A stretch of DNA of 64,000 bases from an uncultured virus (IMG/VR IMGVR_UViG_2061766007_000813) (Duplodnaviria > Heunggongvirae > Uroviricota > Caudoviricetes): the IMG/VR virus record IMGVR_UViG_2061766007_000813. One strand, given 5' to 3'. The notes below the pieces were generated by a model that did no database searches, was not told the origin of the DNA, and was given only the letters and a program-made list of their open reading frames with translations. Below, piece after piece: positions 23,646 through 33,091 of this stretch. How positions within the stretch are numbered: position 1 is the first letter of the stretch; every line of letters starts with the position of its first letter. The translations under genes were made by a program, and so were the position numbers.

Positions 23646-24057
23646 AAATACTCTTTATCCTGTCCCAGAATGAAATCTTCGAACTTGACGATTCCTCGAC
23701 TGGCTGTTGCTTCGGAGGCTCTTCGGACGAATCCTTCTTCCCGTGCAACACCCACAGGAGCATCGCAATCTTCGGCTCCTTCGCACCGCAAACCGCTGGG
23801 TCTGCGATATCGGAGAACATCTCGTCCTCGATTTCCTTTACCGTGCTTCGACATTCAAAACCGCAGTATTCACCGCAGTTCTTCCCGTCCTTGCACTCCC
23901 ATTTGGTCATCGTACCAAAGTCGCCAAGGTCGAACTCCTTGCAAATTCCATACTTGCAATTCCTGCACATGCGCTTGGTCTTCCTGTCAACCCTAAGCCT
24001 GAGCCGATGCTCGTACACTTCCTCAAGCTGTCTTTTTATTTCTTCTTCATTCTTCAT
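23638..24057 (-). CDS. Cys-rich hypothetical protein
   Basis: 139 aa with CRNC and further Cys residues; overlaps the next gene's start. Confidence 0.7.
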   Translation of the reverse strand: MKNEEEIKRQLEEVYEHRLRLRVDRKTKRMCRNCKYGICKEFDLGDFGTMTKWECKDGKNCGEYCGFECRSTVKEIEDEMFSDIADPAVCGAKEPKIAMLLWVLHGKKDSSEEPPKQQPVEESSSSKISFWDRIKSIFD

Positions 24058-24058
24058 T

Positions 24059-24826
24059 CTACTTTTTCTCCTTTGCTGGTGGCTGTATCGAATCAGAACC
24101 GCCCATCAGAGCGAGCTTTCTATAACACAGCATATTGAAAAGAGTCGGTCTCAACAAATCCATCAATCTCCGAATCGGAATCTTCAACTTGTCGCACTCG
24201 CGAATCCTCAGCCAATGACCGCATTCCATGCTCTTCTGCACATACTCCGTCAGCGTCGCATCCGCGCTGTACTTCATCACCTCATACTGAAACCTGCTCC
24301 ACGAACCAAACCGCCTCGCTATGCACGCGCTGGTTGGCAGAAACACCTTAGACTCTGGATTCTCGCGTCTTACCTTATTATACGATTCCCTGCTCGTCAC
24401 CCCGTACTGCGCTGCCATCCGAGCAACATCATAGTCCTTGTCCAACAATCCGTTCTTAAATCCCTCCTGCTCCGCCTTTCCAAGAATCCGCCTCTTCTCC
24501 ATGTCGGTGCGCGGAGGACGTGGCTCCATCCCAGCCCTGACCAGTGCATTGTAATAACGCGGATACCCGTTCCAGCACTTCTTCACGATAAAGCTGTACG
24601 ACGGTGCCTCTGGGTCTTCATGGCATTTTTTCCTCAAATCATCGGCGGAATACGGCTTGTTGATGATGCCCCACGCAATCGCATATGCCTTCGTATTGAC
24701 AAGACGACCTTCGGAATTCATGTACTTCATCGTCTTGTTCCTGCGCTTCACAGGCTTGTAGGATACGCTGTGCTTTGTCTCGTTCTTCGTCTTCTTCAAA
24801 TCCGTCTTAGACCATTCTGGTTGCAT
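24059..24826 (-). CDS. Protein with homing-endonuclease-associated repeat-like HTH units
   Basis: APSYSFIVKKCWNGY..YYNALVRAGM and LPTSACIARRFGSWSRF match the PS...I..RFGSW repeat; no HNH catalytic motif seen. Confidence 0.6.
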   Translation of the reverse strand: MQPEWSKTDLKKTKNETKHSVSYKPVKRRNKTMKYMNSEGRLVNTKAYAIAWGIINKPYSADDLRKKCHEDPEAPSYSFIVKKCWNGYPRYYNALVRAGMEPRPPRTDMEKRRILGKAEQEGFKNGLLDKDYDVARMAAQYGVTSRESYNKVRRENPESKVFLPTSACIARRFGSWSRFQYEVMKYSADATLTEYVQKSMECGHWLRIRECDKLKIPIRRLMDLLRPTLFNMLCYRKLALMGGSDSIQPPAKEKK

Positions 24827-24875
24827 GGCATAACTCCTGTCTTAATACTCATACGGATTTATTATACCATTCCAG

Positions 24876-24912
24876 AAAAAGAAAAACCCGCATGGTAGAA
24901 ATACCATGCGGG
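24876..24912 (-). terminator. Intrinsic terminator
   Basis: CCCGCATGGTA/TACCATGCGGG 11-bp stem followed by a T-run on the minus strand, then TATAAT at 24861-24866. Confidence 0.8.
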
Positions 24913-24986
24913 GAAAAGACACAACGTGGATAATTATGGCAAAGGGACGTGCCAGTGTCTTTTATTCGTTTCTTCCTTCCCGAACG

Positions 24987-25472
24987 TCAGATTTCAGTCT
25001 TTTCTTCAAGAAGACTGTTGATGTTGTTCTTGTCTTCATCTGTCAGAATGTCGTGCAAGCCAGTCGCTCCAGTGTCGTTCCAGTCGTAGCGTCCGCCTGC
25101 GACTTCGATGACATAACGGTAGTCGTCAATGTCTTTCTTGCGCTTCTTGCCGTAGTTCACGGATTCGGAATCCATGCCACCAGGGGCGATTTCGTACAAG
25201 CCACGGAAAACAAGCAGGTTTCTCTGCGACTCGTCCATCTGCTTCCACTTGCAGTCGTCAATCTCGATGTAGTACAGGTACGGGTTGTCAATGTTGTAGG
25301 GGAATCCGACCGACGTGACCTTGCAAGGCTTGCCATTGTTCCTGTCCATGATGCGGATGAAGCGGATTTTCGTCAGGTCGATGCCCTCGAACGTCTCGCT
25401 GTACTTGTCGATAATGTCCATTGCGATGGACATGGCTTCAGAATCTTCCTGCCATTCACGTTTTACGCTCAT
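24987..25472 (-). CDS. Phage metallopeptidase-like protein, apparently lacking HExxH
   Basis: IDLTKIRF...YYIEI...WKQMDESQRNLLVF pattern; RGLYE stands where HELxH is expected. Confidence 0.55.
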   Translation of the reverse strand: MSVKREWQEDSEAMSIAMDIIDKYSETFEGIDLTKIRFIRIMDRNNGKPCKVTSVGFPYNIDNPYLYYIEIDDCKWKQMDESQRNLLVFRGLYEIAPGGMDSESVNYGKKRKKDIDDYRYVIEVAGGRYDWNDTGATGLHDILTDEDKNNINSLLEEKTEI

Positions 25473-25537
25473 TTTTTCTCCTTTGATTTTTTGTTCTTGT
25501 TCTATGGAAACGCAAACGCATTTTTGCGTTCACACGT

Positions 25538-25567
25538 TTAATATGGTTCGTTTTTCCGATTTGTCAA
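25538..25567 (-). promoter_or_regulatory. Sigma70-like promoter, TTGACA-N16-CATATTAA
   Basis: Instance of the recurring motif, upstream of the 25472 start. Confidence 0.7.
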
Positions 25568-25577
25568 ACCGAATCCG

Positions 25578-26087
25578 TCAATTTTTTCCGATTTGGTTGT
25601 TCATCACCGCATTCCCGTTCTTGTGGATGATATCCAGAAGGTTTCTCACATTCTCTTCATCATCAATATAGCGGTTCCTGAACATGTTGACGCATGACTT
25701 CTCATATGACAAAATATAATCCCTAAGTGTCAGGACGGTCGCCTTGTATTCGTCCGAGAGCTTCGCCTGCCCCGCACTGTCCGCCTTCTCCCACTCGGCG
25801 TACTTCTTCTTCATGTCGGCAATCTTGTCCCTCAGTTCCTTCGCGCAGGAAGCCGTGTCCATCTCGTCGAGCTTAGCCCCTTCGATATATTCGAGGCATT
25901 CCTCAAGCTTCGGGATGCTCACAGAATAATCCGTCATGCTCTCGCCCATCGTCAAAAGCGTCTTTGAAATCCTGCGCACTACATCGACCACCCATTTCCC
26001 GTCATTATAGAATTTGTAATAGTCCTCAAGCACGTTTCCGTTGCCTGCCATTACGATTTTCCTAGCTATCTTCTCGATTGACTTCAT
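25578..26087 (-). CDS. Hypothetical helical protein with a KIA-leader variant
   Basis: Likely start MKSIEKIARKIVMAG at 26087, just after the upstream stop codon. Confidence 0.7.
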   Translation of the reverse strand: MKSIEKIARKIVMAGNGNVLEDYYKFYNDGKWVVDVVRRISKTLLTMGESMTDYSVSIPKLEECLEYIEGAKLDEMDTASCAKELRDKIADMKKKYAEWEKADSAGQAKLSDEYKATVLTLRDYILSYEKSCVNMFRNRYIDDEENVRNLLDIIHKNGNAVMNNQIGKN

Positions 26088-26098
26088 ATCGCATTCCC

Positions 26099-28297
26099 TC
26101 ATTTCACCTTGATGGTGCATCCGTTGAACATCTTCTCGTATTCCTCTATCATTATACTCTTCGCCTTCTCTCCATACTGCTTCTCCACTATCACCGAATC
26201 GTGGATGGACAGGGCGCAGATGCCTTCCCGCACGAGCCTGTGGCACACTTCGCGTATGAGCCTTCCGTCCAAGTACATAAAATAAACACCCCTGTTCTTG
26301 CAGAACTCATGGGCAATCGCCTGATGCTTCGCCACGATTCCGTCATACACGTCGTACAGCCACGGTATGTACTCGTCCTTCTTCAACCCGTGCTCTTCAT
26401 TCCACCACTTCTTGAACGAGTATATCGCCTGAGTCCTGTTCTTCGCATTGAACATCCTCAACGTCATCATCTTGCAAATCTTGCGAGCCTCCTCATGCGT
26501 CATGTTGTACTGCCTGTACCACCTGCCGATGTCGTAACCATCTCCCTTGAAGCTCTTTCCGTTCAACGCATAGGCGATGTTCAGGTGCAATGAACTGTAG
26601 TCCTTCTCGACGGACGTGTTCGAGTTGATTTTCAGCCTGCCCCTGTCCTCTCGTTTAAGCGACTGCACGCCATGCTCGTGCGTATATCCACGCTGGTTGA
26701 TTCCCTCGATGATACGGCGTATCCCGTCCTTTCCAAGCTCTGAACTGCAAATCACGCTCTGGTTGGTGCTTATGCGCTCTCCGTCCAGCGTCACCACGTG
26801 CTTCGCATTCCCATCGTTGATTTCAGCCTGCCTGCTCATCGCCAGCTTCACCGCATCCGACACGTCCACCACGCCAGAATCCGCGAGCGTCATGCTCTGC
26901 TTCTTCTCGTTCTTCACCAGCACCACCTCGTTCTCGAACGTGCTCGGCATCGTCCACGCCACCACGCACCGCTTCACGACGGTCGCCGTGTCGATATGGG
27001 CTGGTCTGTCCTCGTTGTTCGTGAACACGTACTTCTGCGTATGGTACTCCATTATCTTCATCATCTCGTCCGTTGACAAGTGCCTTATGTCGAACACGCT
27101 GTCCCTGAAACCTTCGAGCATTTCCTTCTGCGACCATTCCAGCACGCACGAATCGTACTGCCTGTTGCGCCTCATCCAGTAGTTCCTGTACTGCACCAGC
27201 CATGATGCCCAAATCATCTGGAAGCAGTACGACCACCCCTTCACGCCAAGCACCCTCTTGGCATCGTGCTCGTACTCCCTCACCTGCACGGCAGCGGGCG
27301 AGTTGCCACCGTTGCGCCAGCAGAATTCGAATATCGGATTCCCCTTGACATGCACCTTGAAACCGCATGGCTCGTAGCAGTCGCCCCATTCGGCTATGCA
27401 CGCCTTCTCGTCATTCTTCTCCACCCTGCGGTACACGCATGTGCTCTCCAGCATGCCCCTTGTCCAGAACGCCGTCCGCCCGTTGTCCTCCTTGTTGGGC
27501 AAGTCCCATGCAAGTCCAATCCCCTTCAATCTTGCAAACGACTCCCATATGTTCTTCGTCCATTCCTTTCTTGACGTGTCCGAAAGGTCGCACCACCTGC
27601 AACCTGTATTCAATGCCTCGAACACCTCCTGCACTTCCACGTACATCCATGTCGGCATCCTCTTCATGTCCCTCAACGCAATCCCCCTCCACACCTTGAG
27701 GACTTTCCCGAACACGGTGCCCATGATGCACCACAAATCAAACGGCACATGCGTGCCTGTCACCGTGAACCCCATTGAATCAAGCCACTTTGTCGCACTC
27801 TTTCCATACATGCCACTCTTGCCGAATTCACCGCTCCATCCATTGACCGCTTCATCCATGTCGCCTGTATACACTTTCCATCTTGCATATGCGTCAAGGA
27901 CTGTTGAATTCATCATCTTGCATTGCGGTACCGCAATGCACCGTCCCCTTCCATGCTTTCCAAGATATGCCGTGACTCCTCTTCTTGATTCCATCTTGTA
28001 CATACCGTCGGCACTGTATATTCCGATGCATCTTGAATACGGGTCGTTTGGTCCCTTGCGCATTTTCTGTATCACACCTCTCATGAAGTTGTCGGTGCCC
28101 TTGTACCCGTCTTCCACTTTTTCGAATTCTGCATCGCATCTTGAATTGTCGAATTCGTATTCATCAAGCGCAACGTCGTCTGGAACGGTGAATTCAATGT
28201 CCTTTTCATCTTCAGACAACCCGTCCACATAGGATGCGTATTCATGCGGTCCGCATCCAATCCTGTCCAATAATGCCTTATCCCTTACGAAATCCAC
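26099..28297 (-). CDS. Polymerase-palm-like protein (family A DNA polymerase / T7-type RNA polymerase superfamily) with an unknown 500-aa N-terminus
   Basis: C-terminal motifs in order: GRL, EKDYSSLH (motif A-like), RKICKMMTL (motif B-like RxxxK) and LSIHDSVIV (motif C-like). Confidence 0.6.
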   Translation of the reverse strand: MDFVRDKALLDRIGCGPHEYASYVDGLSEDEKDIEFTVPDDVALDEYEFDNSRCDAEFEKVEDGYKGTDNFMRGVIQKMRKGPNDPYSRCIGIYSADGMYKMESRRGVTAYLGKHGRGRCIAVPQCKMMNSTVLDAYARWKVYTGDMDEAVNGWSGEFGKSGMYGKSATKWLDSMGFTVTGTHVPFDLWCIMGTVFGKVLKVWRGIALRDMKRMPTWMYVEVQEVFEALNTGCRWCDLSDTSRKEWTKNIWESFARLKGIGLAWDLPNKEDNGRTAFWTRGMLESTCVYRRVEKNDEKACIAEWGDCYEPCGFKVHVKGNPIFEFCWRNGGNSPAAVQVREYEHDAKRVLGVKGWSYCFQMIWASWLVQYRNYWMRRNRQYDSCVLEWSQKEMLEGFRDSVFDIRHLSTDEMMKIMEYHTQKYVFTNNEDRPAHIDTATVVKRCVVAWTMPSTFENEVVLVKNEKKQSMTLADSGVVDVSDAVKLAMSRQAEINDGNAKHVVTLDGERISTNQSVICSSELGKDGIRRIIEGINQRGYTHEHGVQSLKREDRGRLKINSNTSVEKDYSSLHLNIAYALNGKSFKGDGYDIGRWYRQYNMTHEEARKICKMMTLRMFNAKNRTQAIYSFKKWWNEEHGLKKDEYIPWLYDVYDGIVAKHQAIAHEFCKNRGVYFMYLDGRLIREVCHRLVREGICALSIHDSVIVEKQYGEKAKSIMIEEYEKMFNGCTIKVK

Positions 28298-28752
28298 GGA
28301 AACTCCTTTTGTNNNNNNNNNNTCTGTCCAATAATGCCTTATCCCTTACGAAATCCACGGAAACTCCTTTTGTCGAATTTTTCACTTCGACATATTATAC
28401 TGTTTGACAAATTTTACACTTTATAAAGAAAAAGTCATTGTAAATATGACAATGAATTTTCCATTATGAAAAATTCCATATGGAAAAAATTTAAAAAACA
28501 ATGTCAATACAATGCAATACAAGTGAACAAATGCATGCACACCATTTTATACACTATTGTTTCTTTTGAGCACGAAAACAGAAAAAGTTTTGCCATTTTA
28601 CCGATGTCCCTGACATTTTCACATCTCCCCAAGACCATGACGGCATGCCATCCAGAATCGCGTATACAATATAATATATAAGAGGAGGACAGGGACGCAG
28701 CAAGTGTGCAAACTGGGAAAACCAAAAAAATAAAAAATTTTCAAAGAATGAC

Positions 28753-28782
28753 TTGACAAAAAAGAAAAACGGTGCATGTTAA
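28753..28782 (+). promoter_or_regulatory. Sigma70-like promoter, TTGACA-N16-CATGTTAA
   Basis: Recurring motif upstream of the AAA ATPase gene. Confidence 0.7.
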
Positions 28783-28846
28783 ATGACGTAACACAAAAAC
28801 GTGTTGTGTGTAATTGGCAAAGGTAAAAAACAAAGGAGCTGTAACT

Positions 28847-30136
28847 ATGGCGATGAAGAAAGACGGCAAGAACAATTCCGCCCTGAAAGACGCAATGAAA
28901 GGTTGCTACGGAAGCGAAGTGAAACCCTCGCAGGTGAAGCAGTGGCTTATCGACAACATCATGGACAACATCGGTCGTGAAACAAAAATCACACTCAATA
29001 TAATGAGTTGCCCTGGAGTTGGTAAAACTTCTCTAGTCAAACAACTTGCCAAGAATCCCGTGACGTGGAACGGAAAGGACTACGACGGTTTTGCGGTTGT
29101 TGACATTCCTCTTGCTCAGATTGAGGAAATGGGCGATGTCCTCGGCTACCCTGTCGAGGAAATCAAGATGCTCAAATACGATGGCGACAAGGTAAAGGAT
29201 GAAAAGTGGATTAAGGCTGTGGACAGTCTTATCGCCTCCTACATGGAAAAGGGATGGACGACCGAGAACGAACAGCGCACCATCTACGCCAAGCCGTCTT
29301 GGGTGCCGACAGAAGAGCGTCCAGGTGTCATTCTGTTCGATGACGGAAACCGTGCGAGCCAGCGTATCATGAAAGGTCTGATGCAGTTGGTTCAGGACTA
29401 CCGCACGATTTCTTGGACGTTGCCAGAGGGCTGGACTATCGTGTTTACAGGCAACCCCGACAACCGCTTCAATCAGGTCACTTCGATGGACTCCGCTCAG
29501 TTGTCCCGAATGAAGTTCATCTCCCTCGTGCCCGATGCGGTCGAATGGTCGGTCTGGGCTGAGAACAACGGCATCGACAAGAGACTCATCTCTTTCGTCC
29601 TGCGCTACCCCGAAATGATGGTTGGTAGCGAACGCACCAATCCTCGTTCCCTCGCCGAATTCGGACGCGCCTTGAAACGTTTCCCGACTCTCGACCAGGA
29701 ATCCTACAAGAAGTGCCTTATCGAAGCGAATGCGTCCCTCGACCAAGGCACCATCGAAACCCTGATGGTCTTCCTGCAACGCGATACGGAACTCGTCATC
29801 GACCCGAAAGACGTGCTTGAAGACTACGAGAAGAATGCGAAGAAGCAGATTGAGAACCTGATGAACCGTTCCGAACCTCGTATCGACATCGTGAACGTCA
29901 TCAACGACCGTCTGTACGCCTACATCGTGTCGGACAACTACACGTTCGACAAGAAGCACGTCGCCAACTTCCAGTCTTGGTTGCTTGACCCGAACCTGCC
30001 GAAGGATTCCGCCTATGCGCTCGTCCGCCGTCTGTGCTTCTCCGACTCCGACTGCCCATACACCCGCATGCTCCTGTCCAACAACAAGGAACTCATGAAG
30101 ATTGTCAAGGTTGGCATCGGCGACAAGATGTTCTAA
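28847..30136 (+). CDS. MoxR-type AAA+ ATPase
   Basis: Walker A CPGVGKTS, Walker B ILFDDGNRA, TGNP, MDSAQLSR and NPRS; AAGGAG SD before the ATG at 28847. Confidence 0.85.
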   Translation: MAMKKDGKNNSALKDAMKGCYGSEVKPSQVKQWLIDNIMDNIGRETKITLNIMSCPGVGKTSLVKQLAKNPVTWNGKDYDGFAVVDIPLAQIEEMGDVLGYPVEEIKMLKYDGDKVKDEKWIKAVDSLIASYMEKGWTTENEQRTIYAKPSWVPTEERPGVILFDDGNRASQRIMKGLMQLVQDYRTISWTLPEGWTIVFTGNPDNRFNQVTSMDSAQLSRMKFISLVPDAVEWSVWAENNGIDKRLISFVLRYPEMMVGSERTNPRSLAEFGRALKRFPTLDQESYKKCLIEANASLDQGTIETLMVFLQRDTELVIDPKDVLEDYEKNAKKQIENLMNRSEPRIDIVNVINDRLYAYIVSDNYTFDKKHVANFQSWLLDPNLPKDSAYALVRRLCFSDSDCPYTRMLLSNNKELMKIVKVGIGDKMF

Positions 30137-30142
30137 TCGCTA

Positions 30143-30168
30143 GTGGGGAGTGAACATTCACTCCCCAC
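30143..30168 (+). terminator. Hairpin after the AAA ATPase gene
   Basis: GTGGGGAGTGA/TCACTCCCCAC stem; weak T-tract. Confidence 0.6.
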
Positions 30169-30321
30169 GCATTGATTTTCTTGAAATTTTTTCACTCTGT
30201 CTTGAAAATTTTTCCGAAAACATGCCATATTAAAGCGTGCATGGATACAAAAGATGTGTGTTCGGTCGGTCGATGCACAGACTGACCGAAGAGTATAAAC
30301 AAGGAAAGAAAGGAAAAGACT

Positions 30322-30501
30322 ATGGCAAAATTTTATGATGTCAAGTTGAAGAAGTCGGTTGAACGCCCTGTCATCGCCAAGCAGGAATACGGCGAGGAAG
30401 GCAAGAAACGTTATGCCCTCAAAGGCAAGACCGAGGATGGTCGCTCCCTGACGGTGTTCTGCTCGAAGGAAGTGTACGACAAGACCAAGGTGAAAAAGTG
30501 A
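30322..30501 (+). CDS. Small basic 59-aa protein, CC1/DUF5679-like putative DNA-binding (below the ORF-track cutoff)
   Basis: MAKFYDVKLKKSVERPVIAKQEYGEEGKKRYALKGKTEDGRSLTVFCSKEVYDKTKVKK; has an AAGGA SD, a promoter-like CATATTAA at 30226 and its own terminator. Confidence 0.75.
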   Translation: MAKFYDVKLKKSVERPVIAKQEYGEEGKKRYALKGKTEDGRSLTVFCSKEVYDKTKVKK

Positions 30502-30533
30502 CAAGGATTCGGTTCTCATGACCGAATAGAGAG

Positions 30534-30572
30534 AGGCTCGTTGGAATCTATTTTTTTCAACGAGCCTTTTTT
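30534..30572 (+). terminator. Intrinsic terminator
   Basis: AGGCTCGTTG/CAACGAGCCT stem followed by a T-run. Confidence 0.8.
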
Positions 30573-30622
30573 ATCAGAATGATTTTTGAAANNNNNNNNN
30601 NATTTTTGAAAAAGGTGTCGGA

Positions 30623-31156
30623 ATGAGCAGACAATGCAATTCATGCAAGATGGTGGATGAAGCGAAGGAGCTGTTGAATGGTTTCACCTTCTCATTGGAG
30701 AAGGCGTGGCTGATGAAGCTCAATTCATTACAGGAAAAAGGCAAGGTGGTCGAATACATGAAGTATTCGACTATGGTGCTTGACCGTGCGTTGACCACAC
30801 GCAAGACGGACGAATACAAAATGTTCATCATCATCATGTGCAATTACATGGCTCAGGAAGACATGGACAGATTTGGTTCAAAAGCTGACGAGCTGATGGG
30901 CAATCTTTCAAAATCGTACAGCAAGATGTGCGAAAAGTACAGTGACAAGTCATGGGAGGATTTCAACTCCGAATTCAAAAGGTGGTTTGGAATCGACACG
31001 GATGAGATGAACGTATTGGGCGGGAAGCTCAGGAGGCTCAATGAGATATGGTCGAACTTCATGGTGAATGCCCATGTCACGGAATTTACGCGGAACAGGT
31101 TTGAGAGGTACGAGAATGATAGAGCCATTGATGAAATGGAGCGGGAGCAAGCGTAG
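30623..31156 (+). CDS. Hypothetical protein
   Basis: 177-aa ORF with an N-terminal CNSC. Confidence 0.7.
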   Translation: MSRQCNSCKMVDEAKELLNGFTFSLEKAWLMKLNSLQEKGKVVEYMKYSTMVLDRALTTRKTDEYKMFIIIMCNYMAQEDMDRFGSKADELMGNLSKSYSKMCEKYSDKSWEDFNSEFKRWFGIDTDEMNVLGGKLRRLNEIWSNFMVNAHVTEFTRNRFERYENDRAIDEMEREQA

Positions 31157-31958
31157 CCAGTCATCCGAGATATGCTCTCGGATAGATGGAAAGTACGATA
31201 CTTACTACGAACCGTTCTGCGGTGGAGGTTCCATCCTGTTTTCCCTGTTGTCGAATGACGACGGGAAATTCAGGAGGTTCGTGGCGAGCGATTTGAATGC
31301 TGACTTGATTGCGACTTACAATGCCGTCAAGGATAGACCGCAGGATGTCGTGGATGCGTACAGACGGCATTATGGCAACTTGGTGAATCTTTCCATCGAG
31401 GACAGAAAAAAATATTTTGAGGAAGTGAGAAAAAGATTGAACGAATCTCACGACCCGTGCGACTTCTTCTGGATTATGCGGACAACAACAAACGGGATGC
31501 CACGCTACAACAAGGACGGGGATTTCAACAATTCGTTCCATGTGACGCGGACTGGCATGGTTCCAGAATCCATCGAGAGGATTGTCATGCAGTACAGTCA
31601 TCTGATGAGCAGGCATGATGTCGAATTCAGATGTTGTCCATATACGGATATATGCCCAGAAGAAGATGACTTCGCTTATTTCGACCCGCCTTATGCTGGA
31701 ACGAAGGGGATGTACTTCGGTGGAATCGACAATGACGAGTTGTTTTCATATCTTGGAAATCTGAAATGCGACTGGATGATGTCGTTCGATGGAAAGGCTG
31801 GCGACGACGACATGACGGCTGATGTCCCGAAGGAGATATACGATTCCCACGAATATATTAAAAGCGGGAATTCGTCGTTCAGGCGAGTCATCGGAAAAGA
31901 CAAGAACTGCGTGGTGTACGAATCATTATATGTAAGGAAAAGACATGGCTTGGTTTGA
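31116..31958 (+). CDS. dam: DNA adenine methyltransferase (Dam/D12 class)
   Basis: PLMKWSGSK, YYEPFCGGGS, SDLNADLI and YFDPPY motifs. Confidence 0.9.
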   Translation: MIEPLMKWSGSKRSQSSEICSRIDGKYDTYYEPFCGGGSILFSLLSNDDGKFRRFVASDLNADLIATYNAVKDRPQDVVDAYRRHYGNLVNLSIEDRKKYFEEVRKRLNESHDPCDFFWIMRTTTNGMPRYNKDGDFNNSFHVTRTGMVPESIERIVMQYSHLMSRHDVEFRCCPYTDICPEEDDFAYFDPPYAGTKGMYFGGIDNDELFSYLGNLKCDWMMSFDGKAGDDDMTADVPKEIYDSHEYIKSGNSSFRRVIGKDKNCVVYESLYVRKRHGLV

Positions 31959-32418
31959 CAAACAAAAAAGATGGGCTTTGATAAAAAGGAAGAAACCGTA
32001 TACGCTTCAGCTTATCACAAATGCGACGAGATTTTCAGAGGATTTTCTGGCAATGATGAAAGACATCATTTCAAAAGAACTTGACAGGCTCGACAAGAAG
32101 ATGGATACAGTAGAATATGTGAAGCTTTCGACGTTCGATATTGACGAATGGATGGCAAAATATCGCAGTAGCCAGATAGAAGGGGAAATCCCAAGACGGC
32201 TCATGTTGAAATATCATGAAACAGAATTCATTGAAAAGATGCGGAATGAAATCCATCATCTTATGCTTAAGATGGATGACAAGAATTTTGAAATCACGCA
32301 AAGACCAAGATACAACGAAGTAAACTACATGCAGAAGACTTACGGGATTTCAAAAGAGAAATGGGACGACCTGCGGTATAGATTGTATAACATCTACATT
32401 ATTACAAATTGCGTTTGA
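31945..32418 (+). CDS. Hypothetical protein
   Basis: 157-aa ORF overlapping the end of dam. Confidence 0.7.
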   Translation: MAWFDKQKRWALIKRKKPYTLQLITNATRFSEDFLAMMKDIISKELDRLDKKMDTVEYVKLSTFDIDEWMAKYRSSQIEGEIPRRLMLKYHETEFIEKMRNEIHHLMLKMDDKNFEITQRPRYNEVNYMQKTYGISKEKWDDLRYRLYNIYIITNCV

Positions 32419-32427
32419 GGAAAAATT

Positions 32428-33069
32428 ATGATATCACTTGAACTTAACAAACGGATAAGAAAGATACAGGATGATTTCCTTATCATGAAGAATGAGAGGG
32501 AAAAGCAGTTGAAAAAATTGGATGCCCTCGAAAAGGAACGCGACGTGACTATTGAAAACATCGACACCCGCGTGGAGGCAATCAACTTCATCGAAGGCGT
32601 GGCTTCGCAGGAACGCATCGCCGTCAAGGAACGGGTTGAGAAGCTGATTACGGAGTGTCTCCATGAAGTGTATGACGATTCCTACTCCGTCGAATTCGAC
32701 TACGGTGTAAAGGGCAATAAGACATCTGTTGAAATTAGCATGGTCAGAAAATGCGCCGATGGCATGGTGGTGAAACGCCAGATAGATGGATTCGGTGGTG
32801 GCGTGGCAGACACGATTGCGTTGCCGTTGAAGCTGATTGTCCTCATGAACGACGACCAGTTCGACAAGGTTCTGGTGACGGACGAGCCAGGCAAGCATCT
32901 GGACACGTCGCGTGTCGCGAAGTTCGCGAAATTCATCCAGACGGTGAGCCACAAGCTCGGAGTCCAAATCATCATGTCGTCCCACTGGGAAGTGATGAAG
33001 GACGCATCCGACACGGTTCATCGCGTGACGCTGGACGACAGCGTGGCGAGAGTGACAAGAGAAAAGTAA
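32428..33069 (+). CDS. SbcC/Rad50-like ATPase, C-terminal half only
   Basis: Coiled coil, then signature-like FGGG, Walker B/D-loop VLVTDEPGKHLD and H-loop IIMSSH; no Walker A. Confidence 0.82.
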   Translation: MISLELNKRIRKIQDDFLIMKNEREKQLKKLDALEKERDVTIENIDTRVEAINFIEGVASQERIAVKERVEKLITECLHEVYDDSYSVEFDYGVKGNKTSVEISMVRKCADGMVVKRQIDGFGGGVADTIALPLKLIVLMNDDQFDKVLVTDEPGKHLDTSRVAKFAKFIQTVSHKLGVQIIMSSHWEVMKDASDTVHRVTLDDSVARVTREK

Positions 33070-33091
33070 AAGCAAGCAAGAAGGTGAATCA

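Noticed and set aside
28259..28372. Direct repeat of about 50 nt flanking an N-gap
   Set aside because: Identical sequence on both sides of a scaffold gap is the typical signature of unmerged contig overlap, so it is probably not a biological repeat.
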